64,000 nucleotides of DNA from positions 2,430 through 66,429 of IMG/VR virus record IMGVR_UViG_3300005683_000047. One strand, given 5' to 3'. Position numbers and translations under genes: made by a program. Each line of letters opens with the position of its first letter. Within the stretch, counting starts at the first letter, position 1. The notes under the pieces were generated by a model. The model saw nothing but the letters and a program-made list of their open reading frames with translations, was not told where the DNA came from and ran no database searches. Source of the DNA: a virus (lineage: Duplodnaviria; Caudoviricetes). This document shows positions 1 to 10,408 of the stretch, piece after piece.

Positions 1-1398
1 AGAGTCAACTTCAACTCTCACGTAATTTGATTTGTTAACATAGTTTCCATCAACAACAATTTTTTGTGCAGTTTCAACTCTGTCAAAATCATAGTAAACA
101 TTCAAGTCACCAATCGCTTTAGCGATGTATCTGTCAGAAGATGGATTCAGTGACAATCCTCGATATGATTCTAATGCTCTAACTTGACCATCGTTATCAG
201 ACCAGTCTCTGACCAACACGTCAAACGTGCCATAAGGATCTTGTGAGTCGCTTGAAAACGCAATATTTTCAATCGAAATTTTGATCTTATTTGAAACACC
301 AGAACCAGCGTCCAAAGAATGAAACTTGAAAAGATTTGATGCTTTACCACCAAATTTTTGTGAAACAATCCAAGGACTGGACGCATATGAAAAACGATTT
401 TCAAAGTTTTCAAAATTTGGTGTATATGCATCGCCGACATTTCGTGCCAACGTTCCAGTCGTAATGAAAGCAGACGGTTCAACACCACCTTTTGCTCCAG
501 CTCCAGTGCCAGACAAAATGAGACCAGAACCTGTCACCACAGCTAGAATTGGGCTGACATCCCAGTACGAATACAAACAATGACCAGCTTCTGCAATTTT
601 GTATGGATCTTGGTTAAGAACGTTTGCAAAATAGTTTGGTGACGTGGGATCAAATGATGCCGTAAACACATTAGGATATTTTGCGTCAGTACCTTTATGC
701 CCATTCAAAAACATCGTAAACTCTTGTTTTGCTTGTGAACCTGCATAAAGAGTCACAGATCCAAGAACTGAACCGTAAGAGTTTGCGTCTGTTGCAATTA
801 GGTTTGCTGTTGGTGCCGCGTTAGTTCCAGTGTAAGACGAAGACAATCTTAGTAAGACACCAGAAGCTGTCATCAAAATACCGCGAACAAGAGGAACAGC
901 AGGAGAACCTGCAGATTGCAATCCAGCGTCGCTAAGATATGTTGAACCTGCAGACTCAGACATAAAACAACCTAAAAAGTATGTTCTGCCTGGGATGCCA
1001 CCAGCGTTTGCATATGGGTTTTGTGATAAAAATCCTGTGTTTGCATCAGGCAAATTTTCGCCAACAACAAATCCAGATGAATCAACCTTTCCAGCAGTGT
1101 TACCACTTGTTGATCGTTTTAGACCAGTACCAACGCCAAGAACACGTAAGTATGTCACTGATTGAGCGTTTCGCAACCACTCAGTCACAGCTAACGGACC
1201 GTATTTCTCACCATCAGTCTTACCGAACTTAGCATAAAAATCATCAACAGTGCCAACTGTAACTGGCACAAATGCAGGCCCTTTTAGTGCAGTTCCAACA
1301 ATACCAGCAGGAACACCGATTGGCTCTGCTGAAACTGGTCCCGAAAGATCAATTTCTTGTGAACTAACGCCTGCGCTTCCAAATTTATTTTGCGCCAT
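1..1398 (-). CDS. gp18: Tail sheath protein, paralog 2 (3' end runs off the window; missing from ORF track)
   Basis: Hand translation from ATG at 1398: MAQNKFGSAGVSSQEIDLSGPVSAEPIGVPAGIVGTALKGPAFVPVTVGTVDDFYAKFGKTDGEKYGPLAVTEWLRNAQSVTYLRVLG. This aligns with the N-terminus of the 997-aa sheath. The same frame at the window edge reads IVVDGNYVNKSNYVRVEVDS, matching GRYANKSKFVRIVMND of the first sheath. Confidence 0.88.
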   Translation of the reverse strand, partial: MAQNKFGSAGVSSQEIDLSGPVSAEPIGVPAGIVGTALKGPAFVPVTVGTVDDFYAKFGKTDGEKYGPLAVTEWLRNAQSVTYLRVLGVGTGLKRSTSGNTAGKVDSSGFVVGENLPDANTGFLSQNPYANAGGIPGRTYFLGCFMSESAGSTYLSDAGLQSAGSPAVPLVRGILMTASGVLLRLSSSYTGTNAAPTANLIATDANSYGSVLGSVTLYAGSQAKQEFTMFLNGHKGTDAKYPNVFTASFDPTSPNYFANVLNQDPYKIAEAGHCLYSYWDVSPILAVVTGSGLILSGTGAGAKGGVEPSAFITTGTLARNVGDAYTPNFENFENRFSYASSPWIVSQKFGGKASNLFKFHSLDAGSGVSNKIKISIENIAFSSDSQDPYGTFDVLVRDWSDNDGQVRALESYRGLSLNPSSDRYIAKAIGDLNVYYDFDRVETAQKIVVDGNYVNKSNYVRVEVDS

Positions 1399-1434
1399 TT
1401 AATACTCCCGAATACTTGTTATTCATTGTGTTTT

Positions 1435-1441
1435 TAAATAT
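1435..1441 (-). promoter_or_regulatory. ATAnTTA motif (ATATTTA), putative late promoter of sheath 2
   Basis: Lies in the intergenic gap 36 nt upstream of the ATG; member of a recurrent motif set. Confidence 0.4.
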
Positions 1442-1451
1442 CTTTTTAGTG

Positions 1452-4445
1452 TCAGACAAAGCTCACACCACTTGAAGTTATGACAAAGTCCAGAGCAATG
1501 CTCTCAATTGTTCTTGTTGGAACGATCACGATTCTACCGTTCACTTTATTAGCATCCGCGTCGTCGGCCGTGTTATTAGTTGAGTTCATAATAACTCTGA
1601 AAGATTCAAGTCCTGCAGCGGCTTGAATGAGTCCCATCGCTGTCGTCGTCTCTTTGACAAATGATGCACGAGTTTCTGCTGTGTTTTGTTCAAACACAAT
1701 TTTCTGTGCTGCGTCATTGACAATTCGCTTTACTTCTAGTAACAATCGTCTAACGTTGACTCTGTCAAGTGCAGACTTTGCTTGTTGAAGTGTTTTTTGT
1801 CCAAAAATAACAAAACCTTGTCTTGGGAAAGAAGCAATTGGGTTTATTCTAACGTCACTTAATGTATCGCGATCAGACGAGTTCAATCTAACGTTTACGT
1901 TTGTCACGAAATCAAGAGCTGCTCTATTGAAACCTGCTGGTGCATACCATGGATATGCAATCTTGTCATTCATACCATATGCTGTCACAGCAGCAACAGA
2001 CGCAGGAACTTTAACTCTTCTCTTGTTTTTTGCGTCATCGATGAACACGTCTGGAAAATATGCCGCTGCAAAGCTAGTGTCAAGTGCTCTAGAATCGAAC
2101 GATGTTGCAGTCACACCGACGTCTGGTTTCAAAACAGAATCATCATATAGTCTCGCACCAGATTCATCATAGTTTGCAATGTCAGTAACGTAAATTGCCA
2201 TGCCGTAATCACGAACTTTTTTCATTGCATAATCCGTGATGTATGGCTCACGAATGCCTGGAATTGCAAGAATGTTAATGTTTACAACAGTCGGATTTGT
2301 CATCACGTTTATTGCTGTTTTGTATGATGAAACAGTACTATTCTGTGTTGCAACGCCAGCTTGATTTTGTGCTAAACCTGGAGAGACATACGTTGCCTCC
2401 GCCGCCCCGCCGACGTCGAATGAAACAGAACGATCGTTTAGTTTGTTTGCATTCTTGTCAAGAATATTGACTCCGTCAAATCCACCAGCTAAAAATGTTG
2501 TGAATTTTGCAAATGATGAAAAACGATTAAATTGAACAGCACTCTGAGCTGCAATTGTTCCAAACGTAATTCTTCCAGTCAAAACTCCATCATTGATGAC
2601 ATATGTCGTCGGATCTGGTTTACCATTTCTGATATACGCAGCTTCTTTCATATGTGTTTCAACTGACGAAGTCAAATCATTTACAGATGTGTTACTTAGC
2701 GCAACCTGAGCAAGCGTAAACTTGTTGTTATTGAACGAGTCTGCACCAGAACCTGTCACAACAGTATCGAGTTTTTTGATGCCTAAAAACTTTGTATACG
2801 AATTCAACAACTCGTTCTTTTCGGCAACCACGTTGCTATTCAACGGTAAAGTGTTGCGTTCAAACTTCACACCCCAGTAATAATTTCCATTTGTTATCTC
2901 GGTCGGACCGGGATTACCTACGAATCCAGAAGTCGCAACTTCACCCTTTGTAACCTTGAATCTGAATGGAATGGGCGGAACGATTGCATTTGCTAACGTA
3001 CCGACACCCACACCAGCCAATCGTCTTGAAGTTGGAGTTGTATCTGTTAGGTTGTCATTTGTTTTAAGAATTTCCACGCCTCTAAATCCAAATGGAAGAG
3101 TAGAAGGTGGAACAAGCTTTCTTGATACCTGATCGTTCATAACAATTCTAACGAACTTAGATTTGTTAGCATATCGTCCTTCAGAGATCAATCTTCTTTC
3201 GGATTCATTTTCAGCATCAAAGTCAAATCTTACTCGACGATCACCGATCAATCTTGCAACATAATTTGATGCATTTGGGTCTAACGAACAGTTTGAATAT
3301 TGTTCAAGAACAATCTGATTAGTATCTGTATCATCCCAAGATCTAACAAGAATTGTAAAAGTACCGTATGGGTTTGTCTGATCTGAAGAAATCTTCAAAT
3401 TTGAAATTGAGATCTTGTAAAGTTCGTTCGCAAATGAACCATCATCTAATGCTTCAAAATGAAACAGATCATATTCTGTCTTGCCGAAAGGTTGCGAAAT
3501 GAACGATGGTGTCTTTGGTGTAGTGTATCGTGCATCAAAATGACCGAATGCATTTCTATACACCATGCTTTTGTCACCAGACACAAGCGAAGTATTTGCA
3601 GAACCAGAAAGAACAGACGCAGTAATAACTGTTGCAATTTCATCGTCAACAGCAAAATCTGCATACACAACGTGTTGCATCTCTGCAAACTTGTCAGGAT
3701 CTCTATTTAAAAGCTTAGCAAAATAATCATTGTCAGTTGGATTCAATGATGCCGTAAAGATTCTAATGCCCTTATTGCCATCAGCAACGCCAAAGCTTGA
3801 ACCATTAGAAGAAGATAAGACAAGCTTGAATTTTCCAGCGACGACGTTTGCGCTATCGTCTGGTGTTGTTGCGCTAAAAGCAGATAGCGCTGACTCATCA
3901 CCATTCAATACCATCAATCTTGTGCCAGAAGCAAGTAAAACCATTCCTCTGACAAGATTGACAGTTGAACCAACAACGCTATTGTTTTCTGAAAACATTG
4001 GAGCGCCAAACGCTTCTTCTGTTTTTAGAGTGTGTAATCCAGCAATAAATTGAACAGCACCCATATGTCTTCCAGAGGTATCATTGGCTGCATTAGTACC
4101 AGTTACAACAAATCCTGCGTTTTTGACCTGACCAGTCAATCCTGCTTTTGCAATGTCCTCTACTGTTTCAGTTGTTCCGGCGCCGAGAACTCTCATAAAT
4201 GTCAATGATTGCTTGTGTTTTAAAAACTCTGCAGCGGCATAAGGACCATATTGTTTAGGATTTAAACCGCCAAACGTTTGTTCGAAGTTTGCAAAGTCTG
4301 CAACTGTCACCGGAACGAATGCTGGTCCTTTGTCTGATGTACCAATAATGCCTGCTGGAACTCCAACGGGACCTGTGTCTTGTCTGACTGATTGATCAAT
4401 TTCTCGTTCAAAGAGACCAGGTGATCGAAACGTTTGCTCGGCCAT
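1452..4445 (-). CDS. gp18: Contractile tail sheath protein (997 aa)
   Basis: N-terminal FRSPGLFEREID and GPAFVPVTV; C-terminal sheath motifs PWYAPAGFNRA, INPIASFPRQGFVIFGQKT, LDRVNVRRLLL, IVPTRTIESIALDF. Confidence 0.95.
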   Translation of the reverse strand: MAEQTFRSPGLFEREIDQSVRQDTGPVGVPAGIIGTSDKGPAFVPVTVADFANFEQTFGGLNPKQYGPYAAAEFLKHKQSLTFMRVLGAGTTETVEDIAKAGLTGQVKNAGFVVTGTNAANDTSGRHMGAVQFIAGLHTLKTEEAFGAPMFSENNSVVGSTVNLVRGMVLLASGTRLMVLNGDESALSAFSATTPDDSANVVAGKFKLVLSSSNGSSFGVADGNKGIRIFTASLNPTDNDYFAKLLNRDPDKFAEMQHVVYADFAVDDEIATVITASVLSGSANTSLVSGDKSMVYRNAFGHFDARYTTPKTPSFISQPFGKTEYDLFHFEALDDGSFANELYKISISNLKISSDQTNPYGTFTILVRSWDDTDTNQIVLEQYSNCSLDPNASNYVARLIGDRRVRFDFDAENESERRLISEGRYANKSKFVRIVMNDQVSRKLVPPSTLPFGFRGVEILKTNDNLTDTTPTSRRLAGVGVGTLANAIVPPIPFRFKVTKGEVATSGFVGNPGPTEITNGNYYWGVKFERNTLPLNSNVVAEKNELLNSYTKFLGIKKLDTVVTGSGADSFNNNKFTLAQVALSNTSVNDLTSSVETHMKEAAYIRNGKPDPTTYVINDGVLTGRITFGTIAAQSAVQFNRFSSFAKFTTFLAGGFDGVNILDKNANKLNDRSVSFDVGGAAEATYVSPGLAQNQAGVATQNSTVSSYKTAINVMTNPTVVNINILAIPGIREPYITDYAMKKVRDYGMAIYVTDIANYDESGARLYDDSVLKPDVGVTATSFDSRALDTSFAAAYFPDVFIDDAKNKRRVKVPASVAAVTAYGMNDKIAYPWYAPAGFNRAALDFVTNVNVRLNSSDRDTLSDVRINPIASFPRQGFVIFGQKTLQQAKSALDRVNVRRLLLEVKRIVNDAAQKIVFEQNTAETRASFVKETTTAMGLIQAAAGLESFRVIMNSTNNTADDADANKVNGRIVIVPTRTIESIALDFVITSSGVSFV

Positions 4446-4475
4446 ACGCTATAACTCCTCGGAACACGAAGTTCC

Positions 4476-4488
4476 TAAGTATAAATAT
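4476..4488 (-). promoter_or_regulatory. Overlapping double ATAnTTA motif (ATATTTATACTTA), putative late promoter of sheath 1
   Basis: About 30 nt upstream of the ATG at 4445, which is preceded by GAGGAG. A further ATAGTTA lies at 4539-4545. Confidence 0.45.
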
Positions 4489-4546
4489 AGGAAAATTTCT
4501 AATTGTAGTTAAACAACAAAAATGAATGAATTATAGCATAACTATG

Positions 4547-5707
4547 TCACACGATCTTTAATGCGAATCCATCGATTTCCTTTAACACTTCTTCGCCATT
4601 TTTATTTCTTGTGATAACTCTAACGTATTCAGTTCTTTCTTTACCAGTGAAAGGACTTTTAGTAATTCGAACAGTGTTTATTGATTTTTGAGTGGTAGCA
4701 TTCTGTCTAGAATTCACAGAACCATCAAGAGAGAATCCAACTGTTGGATCGTCAGCGTTTTTATAAGGATCGTTCTTTCTGACTGGAAAACCATTAACTA
4801 ACTCTTCGTTTTCATTTCCACCAAGCGTAAATGACACTAGAGGTGCAGAAATAAACTTTCTAACTGGTAATGGTGTTCCTGGAATTTGTGGAGCCACGAT
4901 ATATGCTGGAACTTTTATAGTGAACTTATATCGTAACAATCTTTCCTCAGACGACATATCGTCAGCATTATCTTCTGGCGTAAAACCATTTTCTACGTTT
5001 GCAACAAACCAATAACCTTTTGGCGTGTTAAGCAATAATGCTTGACCTTGTGGCAAATATGATGCTAACAATTTTTCTAACAATTGATTCATATGAACGG
5101 CATATTGAGTCCACAGAGTCACTTCATACACTGCTGTAAAAAATTGTGGTGATGGAATAGTAATTACTTCCCAAACATTATCAGAATATTTGGGTGCCAT
5201 CAGACCGCCATCTAGAACATCAATATCATACTGATTTTCTTTTGTTGGGCGAGTCGTTAGCAACGTTGAATCATTGTCAATTCCAAGTTTATTAACAAGA
5301 TTTTGATAGGCTCTGTCTTTCTTACTAAGACGACGATTGATTACAATTTCACCAGTTTGTTGATTAATTCCTCTACCGTTTACATCTAAACTAATATCTT
5401 GTTCGACACTCGTACGACGGATTGTGATAAGTGGTAAAATCAAAGTTCCATTTGTATCACGAATTGCTTTTCCACGTTTAATCATCGCCCAACGTTCGCC
5501 GGCGGCAAAAATGACTGGCACTTTTTTTGATTCTTTTGATTGACCACTTGAAACAACAAAGTTTATTTCTTTGTCAAATGTTTGAAATAACGATGAATCA
5601 ACGTCTTCTAATCCACAAGACGGAACGACAAGATCATCAGGAATATTTGCACCAGCGTATCCAGAAGGAACGCCATTTGGGTCACCTGAATTAAATCGTA
5701 TTGTCAT
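4547..5707 (-). CDS. Tail terminator / sheath completion protein (T4 gp15-like)
   Basis: KVPVIFAAGERW and LPLITIRRTS resemble gp15-family motifs; positioned between the neck genes and the sheath. Confidence 0.6.
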   Translation of the reverse strand: MTIRFNSGDPNGVPSGYAGANIPDDLVVPSCGLEDVDSSLFQTFDKEINFVVSSGQSKESKKVPVIFAAGERWAMIKRGKAIRDTNGTLILPLITIRRTSVEQDISLDVNGRGINQQTGEIVINRRLSKKDRAYQNLVNKLGIDNDSTLLTTRPTKENQYDIDVLDGGLMAPKYSDNVWEVITIPSPQFFTAVYEVTLWTQYAVHMNQLLEKLLASYLPQGQALLLNTPKGYWFVANVENGFTPEDNADDMSSEERLLRYKFTIKVPAYIVAPQIPGTPLPVRKFISAPLVSFTLGGNENEELVNGFPVRKNDPYKNADDPTVGFSLDGSVNSRQNATTQKSINTVRITKSPFTGKERTEYVRVITRNKNGEEVLKEIDGFALKIV

Positions 5708-5716
5708 ATGTCACCA

Positions 5717-6376
5717 TCATTCATCATAAAAGCTAGAACCTGATTTTTTTGCTTCAACGTTATTTACTTTTTTTACACCTGTTAATGGCGCATCTAAGAC
5801 ACCATTCTGTTGTAATTCACGTTTATCACCAGTAGGTTTATCATCAACAATGTCTTGACCTCGTTGCTGAACAAACTCTGTTTGGACTGCATCTTGATCT
5901 GTAAATTCAATACTTGATGGACCGACTTTTTTTGGATTGAACTGACCCAATCTTGATTGAACACATTCTAGTTTGATTCCATCAAGTTGTTCGACCATTC
6001 CGTAAATTGGGTTTAGTTGAATTACTTGTGTTATTTCAAACGTATATTTTCCATATTGGATGAAGTCGCCAATCGTTATGTTGATAGAACGATCGACTAA
6101 ATCTCTAAACTGAATAAAGACGTTTAATTTATTAATACGTTCTGGACCGAAAATGTGTGTTTTTACTTGATTTTCAGGACTCTCAACTAGAGCCTCAATT
6201 TCAATCGGATTATCAAATATTTTTTCAGGACTTTCGTTATATAATGGATTAGTCCTGGTATTGATTTCTGATATCGGATAGTAATAGATTTTTTGTCCTA
6301 TTACGTCTTTGGATAATTCTTTGTTTATGTCAGAGATGAAATTCAGTTCTCTAGCTGTTATGAATAATCTTGACAT
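5717..6376 (-). CDS. Neck / head-closure protein (T4 gp14-like)
   Basis: GQKIYYYP...NPLYNES motif; synteny gp13-gp14-gp15-sheath. Confidence 0.55.
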   Translation of the reverse strand: MSRLFITARELNFISDINKELSKDVIGQKIYYYPISEINTRTNPLYNESPEKIFDNPIEIEALVESPENQVKTHIFGPERINKLNVFIQFRDLVDRSINITIGDFIQYGKYTFEITQVIQLNPIYGMVEQLDGIKLECVQSRLGQFNPKKVGPSSIEFTDQDAVQTEFVQQRGQDIVDDKPTGDKRELQQNGVLDAPLTGVKKVNNVEAKKSGSSFYDE

Positions 6377-7600
6377 TTAACCCATCACAATGCATTTCCC
6401 AAGCGGCATTGGGATGTATTTGAGTTGTTTATTAATGTTTTCAGCTTTTGTTGCTTCAATTTCTATGAGTTTATCGTATGTCATAGAATCAAGTAATTCT
6501 CTGATTTCTGTCCTTAGTTTTTCTTTTTCTTCTCTTCCCTCTTGAACCAACTCAGAACCATCAAGCTCTAAATCAGAATTGGGAATTGGTATTCTCTTTA
6601 ATTTACGACGTACTAACCCAAGAATTTCTTTTGACGTTGCAATTGTATATTGACGAATCCACTGCCTTCCTGTAGCATTTATCAATGAATATGAAACATT
6701 GTTAAATGGAACTTGTGACGGATTTGACACGCCAGTCAAAGTTGAATCATTATAGTCTGGTGCCAATGGATTTTGTGCAACGCCAACTCTAAACCAAATT
6801 CTATCAACCAAATATGGTCCAGAAGTCGGAATAGGAAATATCCTAACGTTTGGGCCTGTTATCTGATAACTGTAATGTGATCTTCTAACTCGAGACGCAA
6901 CATCCAACATACCTCGTCTAAGAATATCTTCAAAGACTGGTAATACATAAAATACTGTTGAATTGACGTATGATTCGTAATTAAAGTTGTTGGCGAGAAA
7001 ATTTGTGACGTTTGAAGCATTCAGAAGAAAGTGTTGGGCGGCCGCGGGATTGAAATGCATCACTTCCCAAATCTTTAATTTTGTCTGCGCGGATGGCGGA
7101 ACAGTTTCAAAAAACGGTTGTCCACTACCTGAACCAATGCCACGAATCAAATCTGTGTAAAGATTGTAATCTTGTTGTCCTTGAACCACATTTACATACG
7201 TAAAATATGATTCATAACTTCCACCTAAACCAGCATAAGATGAATACGGTTCAGCTTGTCTCATCAAAAATTCAAACGTTCTTCTAGGATATGAATTTGT
7301 GACATTCACAGAACTTGATAAAACACCACTAACTATTGAAGATGAATAAACTGTCGTTATTCCCAACATGTTAGCTAATTCAGACTTTAATTGATATTGA
7401 TTTATTATGTTTCCATATTCGAGAACGGCTTCTTCAAAACACGTCCAAATTTGACGTTTCGTTAATTCAACAGATAAAACATCATCACCAAGTTTTCGTT
7501 TAACAAATGTCACCATTGAATCAGCGTCAAGCTGAAACGTAGCGTCTGAATCAAAAAATCCAAACGATGTTGGGTTTAACGTTGATACAAAATTTGACAT
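6377..7600 (-). CDS. gp13: Neck protein / head-tail adaptor (T4 gp13-like)
   Basis: N-terminal FVKRKLGDDVLSVELT; C-terminal WIRQYTIATSKEILGLVRRK...IPNSDLELDGSELVQEGREEKEKL, typical of gp13. Confidence 0.75.
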   Translation of the reverse strand: MSNFVSTLNPTSFGFFDSDATFQLDADSMVTFVKRKLGDDVLSVELTKRQIWTCFEEAVLEYGNIINQYQLKSELANMLGITTVYSSSIVSGVLSSSVNVTNSYPRRTFEFLMRQAEPYSSYAGLGGSYESYFTYVNVVQGQQDYNLYTDLIRGIGSGSGQPFFETVPPSAQTKLKIWEVMHFNPAAAQHFLLNASNVTNFLANNFNYESYVNSTVFYVLPVFEDILRRGMLDVASRVRRSHYSYQITGPNVRIFPIPTSGPYLVDRIWFRVGVAQNPLAPDYNDSTLTGVSNPSQVPFNNVSYSLINATGRQWIRQYTIATSKEILGLVRRKLKRIPIPNSDLELDGSELVQEGREEKEKLRTEIRELLDSMTYDKLIEIEATKAENINKQLKYIPMPLGKCIVMG

Positions 7601-7630
7601 ATCAATTTACCTAACGATAAATAGAATTTA

Positions 7631-8128
7631 TCATTTTACTTTTTTCATGAGTTTTCGTGTCAACTCAACATATTCTTGTTCAGTCAGACCTTTTTTAGAT
7701 TCGAATTTTTCTTGTAATGTCTTTCTTGGTTGTGTAGTTGTCTGAACTGGCATTGACTTTATTTGAGCAGTGACATTGATGTCTTGTTGTTTTGCAGCTT
7801 TGGGTTGAATGACTCTAAAACCTTCAGACATGACTTTGACAGTTTGTTTAAATTTAACGTCAAATTCAACAGGTGAAAAAAAACGATTTTCTACAAGAAC
7901 TTCAATTCTTGAATGATATGTTACGTCTTCTTTTAAATTGTTCTTCATCGATGGTACAATAAACTTTACTTCACCATCATCTAAAGACTCTCCATCAAAC
8001 ATGTAAGATACACCGTTTGATTCACAAACCATTCTAACGATTGGTTGTACCGTTGTTCCCTGAACGTTTATTTTGAATAATAACTCGTTTGACTCATCAA
8101 GCTTCAACTCTACAAGTTCGTCTGTCAT
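7631..8128 (-). CDS. Hypothetical protein (165 aa)
   Basis: Intact ORF within the structural operon; beta-rich N-terminal half. Confidence 0.6.
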   Translation of the reverse strand: MTDELVELKLDESNELLFKINVQGTTVQPIVRMVCESNGVSYMFDGESLDDGEVKFIVPSMKNNLKEDVTYHSRIEVLVENRFFSPVEFDVKFKQTVKVMSEGFRVIQPKAAKQQDINVTAQIKSMPVQTTTQPRKTLQEKFESKKGLTEQEYVELTRKLMKKVK

Positions 8129-8149
8129 AAGATCACCTTTACATAGGTA

Positions 8150-8509
8150 TCAACGTTTGATAATGCGTTTAGCAGTCACTACGATGTCACTACAATTATT
8201 TTTGACATTTATTATTGTAGACTGCACAACTTTAACAAAGATTTTTCTTGCAGTGTTGTAGGTTATCTTGATCCATCCTTTGACAGGTCTATCAAGTTCA
8301 TTGTCATTCACAGACAGTAATTTTGCATGTATCACGATATCTTCAAATTTATCAGTGAATTGTGAAACAGCTTTTTTCCCACCTTTTAAAAAGTGTTTGC
8401 TTGTTTCAACAATTTCTCTAATGATAACGTCAAAAATTCCATAACCATTTGTAACAATTGAATTTTTGCCAGAGACAGATAGTCCCTTGGTGATAATTCT
8501 ATTCAACAT
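8150..8509 (-). CDS. Hypothetical protein (119 aa)
   Basis: Tightly packed ORF in the operon. Confidence 0.55.
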   Translation of the reverse strand: MLNRIITKGLSVSGKNSIVTNGYGIFDVIIREIVETSKHFLKGGKKAVSQFTDKFEDIVIHAKLLSVNDNELDRPVKGWIKITYNTARKIFVKVVQSTIINVKNNCSDIVVTAKRIIKR

Positions 8510-8517
8510 TTACTAAT

Positions 8518-9015
8518 TCAAATTCTACGGCGATCAGCTGCACCATCATTTGTTGGATCACCATTTATATCAAACAAGTTAAATCTTGCAACTTCTGTGA
8601 TATTATCAGCTTTGTAAAATACCATTTGATTTCCTGCAGTTATTCTCCAACGGCCGCCTTCCATATCAACAAGAAATTGCAAATTTGTTGACGTAGTTGA
8701 CAACGTTCCAACTATTTGATTGAGAATCACATTATTTTCATTGACAACTGGATTGTTTTCTTCAACGTTGAATTGTTCAGAAGCATAAACAGGTGTACTC
8801 TCGCCAGAGTCCCATAATACTGTACCATGAAAATCATCAGGGAATGTTATCATTGCAGCGTAAATGCCACATCCTAATGACAATTCATATATTCCAGACG
8901 TTGTCCGTGGAGTAACAATCGTGCCAATTTGATCTAAAACGGTGTATCCAATTTGACCCGTCAAATACGCTTTTTGTTTTCCAAAATTGACGTTTTTAAT
9001 TAGTTGAATTGACAT
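8518..9015 (-). CDS. Putative virion protein (165 aa)
   Basis: Tightly packed ORF; beta-rich; C-terminal FYKADNITEVARFNLFD segment. Confidence 0.5.
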   Translation of the reverse strand: MSIQLIKNVNFGKQKAYLTGQIGYTVLDQIGTIVTPRTTSGIYELSLGCGIYAAMITFPDDFHGTVLWDSGESTPVYASEQFNVEENNPVVNENNVILNQIVGTLSTTSTNLQFLVDMEGGRWRITAGNQMVFYKADNITEVARFNLFDINGDPTNDGAADRRRI

Positions 9016-9018
9016 TAC

Positions 9019-10401
9019 TTACACGTAATATTCTATTTTTAGTCTCTTAAGATAAATTACACATCTTGCCGCCGTGGCAGCGGATGCGTTCCATGTTCTG
9101 TCAGAAACACCACCCAATCCAATTACAAAATCTCTTGGAACGTTATGAATATACCCAGAATATGGTGTATCAGCAGAATTATGATACATGTCTAACAAGT
9201 TAGGCCATGATCCACTTGACATTGTAAATGTTGATGATATTGAAAACGGTCCTGTAAAACCATTAAAAATCTCTATCATTGCAACTTGATACGGATCACT
9301 ATTTTCCCATGTTGTCGCAACACTAGAACCTCTATGGCCTTGTGCACCATAATCTGAATTTTGACCGATCAAAGAAAGACCATATTGTCTATCACTTGTC
9401 CAACCATCGTACGCAGGTTGAATCCCGATAAATGTATAGACTGAATCATCTGTATTGACAGGTCTATTGCTTGATGACGCATAAATCCACATTCTATAAT
9501 TTGCATTAGGGTTAAATCCTGGAACAATGTTTTCAAATGCTGTGAATATATGAGGATGTTGTTGATTATAAATTGAATACGAACCTGACGCAGGTACAGG
9601 TTGTGGATAAACAACTAATCCTGAACCGCTAACGATGCTCATTGCTGCGTATTCATTTTCAGATCTTGTTTTTGTCCACGTTAAGCCGGCAATTGTATAG
9701 TCACCATCAGTTGCCATTGTTTGTGACGGTAAATTTGTAAAATCAATATCAACTGCTGTTTGCCACCCGGACGTACCAGGACCTGAACCACCAGCTATTG
9801 TTACAACAGTTCTTGAACCATCATCACTCAACGAAACACCATCGCCTGTAAATTTCAAAATAGAACGTTCAGTTGAAATAACGTTACTTGTATTTGCAAT
9901 TTGTTGATAGTTTGCTTTATGGATATGATCTTGAGCGACAAATAACGTACCAGTACCAGCAAAATTTGTCGAGCCAACAGCCGATGGCGTTCCACGTAAA
10001 ATTTGATGGGCATGATCTGATCTAGCAAATGATGATGATAAACCTTCAAAATTAATTGAACCTACAGATGCTGAAACTGGTATGGATGTTAAAATAGAGT
10101 GTTTATGATCAGTTCTTGCAACAGTAGAACCAGAACCGATAGAACCAGTTGAAACGTCAAGTACTAACGGTATAGTTGTCGCTAATTCTAAACTTGTTGA
10201 TGAACCAACCGTGACCCAAGTTGGAGTTGTTTCAACAAGCATCCATATTGAATTATCGTCTAATTGACGAGCAAATTTACCTATGTCGTCGTTATTAAAT
10301 CCGGATGCTGACGTTCTGGTTGAAGAATTTGAATACACATACGATATTGGTGTATGAATACCATCTGACGTTGTTTGTTTGGAATGTAATGCTGATGACA
10401 T
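9019..10401 (-). CDS. Fibre-like virion protein with three DHxH repeats and a beta-rich distal domain (460 aa)
   Basis: ARTDHKH / ARSDHAH / AQDHIH at ~30-aa spacing; S/G/T-rich shaft; aromatic-rich C-terminal domain. Confidence 0.6.
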   Translation of the reverse strand: MSSALHSKQTTSDGIHTPISYVYSNSSTRTSASGFNNDDIGKFARQLDDNSIWMLVETTPTWVTVGSSTSLELATTIPLVLDVSTGSIGSGSTVARTDHKHSILTSIPVSASVGSINFEGLSSSFARSDHAHQILRGTPSAVGSTNFAGTGTLFVAQDHIHKANYQQIANTSNVISTERSILKFTGDGVSLSDDGSRTVVTIAGGSGPGTSGWQTAVDIDFTNLPSQTMATDGDYTIAGLTWTKTRSENEYAAMSIVSGSGLVVYPQPVPASGSYSIYNQQHPHIFTAFENIVPGFNPNANYRMWIYASSSNRPVNTDDSVYTFIGIQPAYDGWTSDRQYGLSLIGQNSDYGAQGHRGSSVATTWENSDPYQVAMIEIFNGFTGPFSISSTFTMSSGSWPNLLDMYHNSADTPYSGYIHNVPRDFVIGLGGVSDRTWNASAATAARCVIYLKRLKIEYYV

Positions 10402-10408
10402 GTTTTAA

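Noticed and set aside
4480-4487. Exact T4 late promoter TATAAATA
   Set aside because: It lies on the plus strand, opposite to the flanking genes, and is better explained as the reverse complement of the overlapping ATATTTA/ATACTTA motifs.
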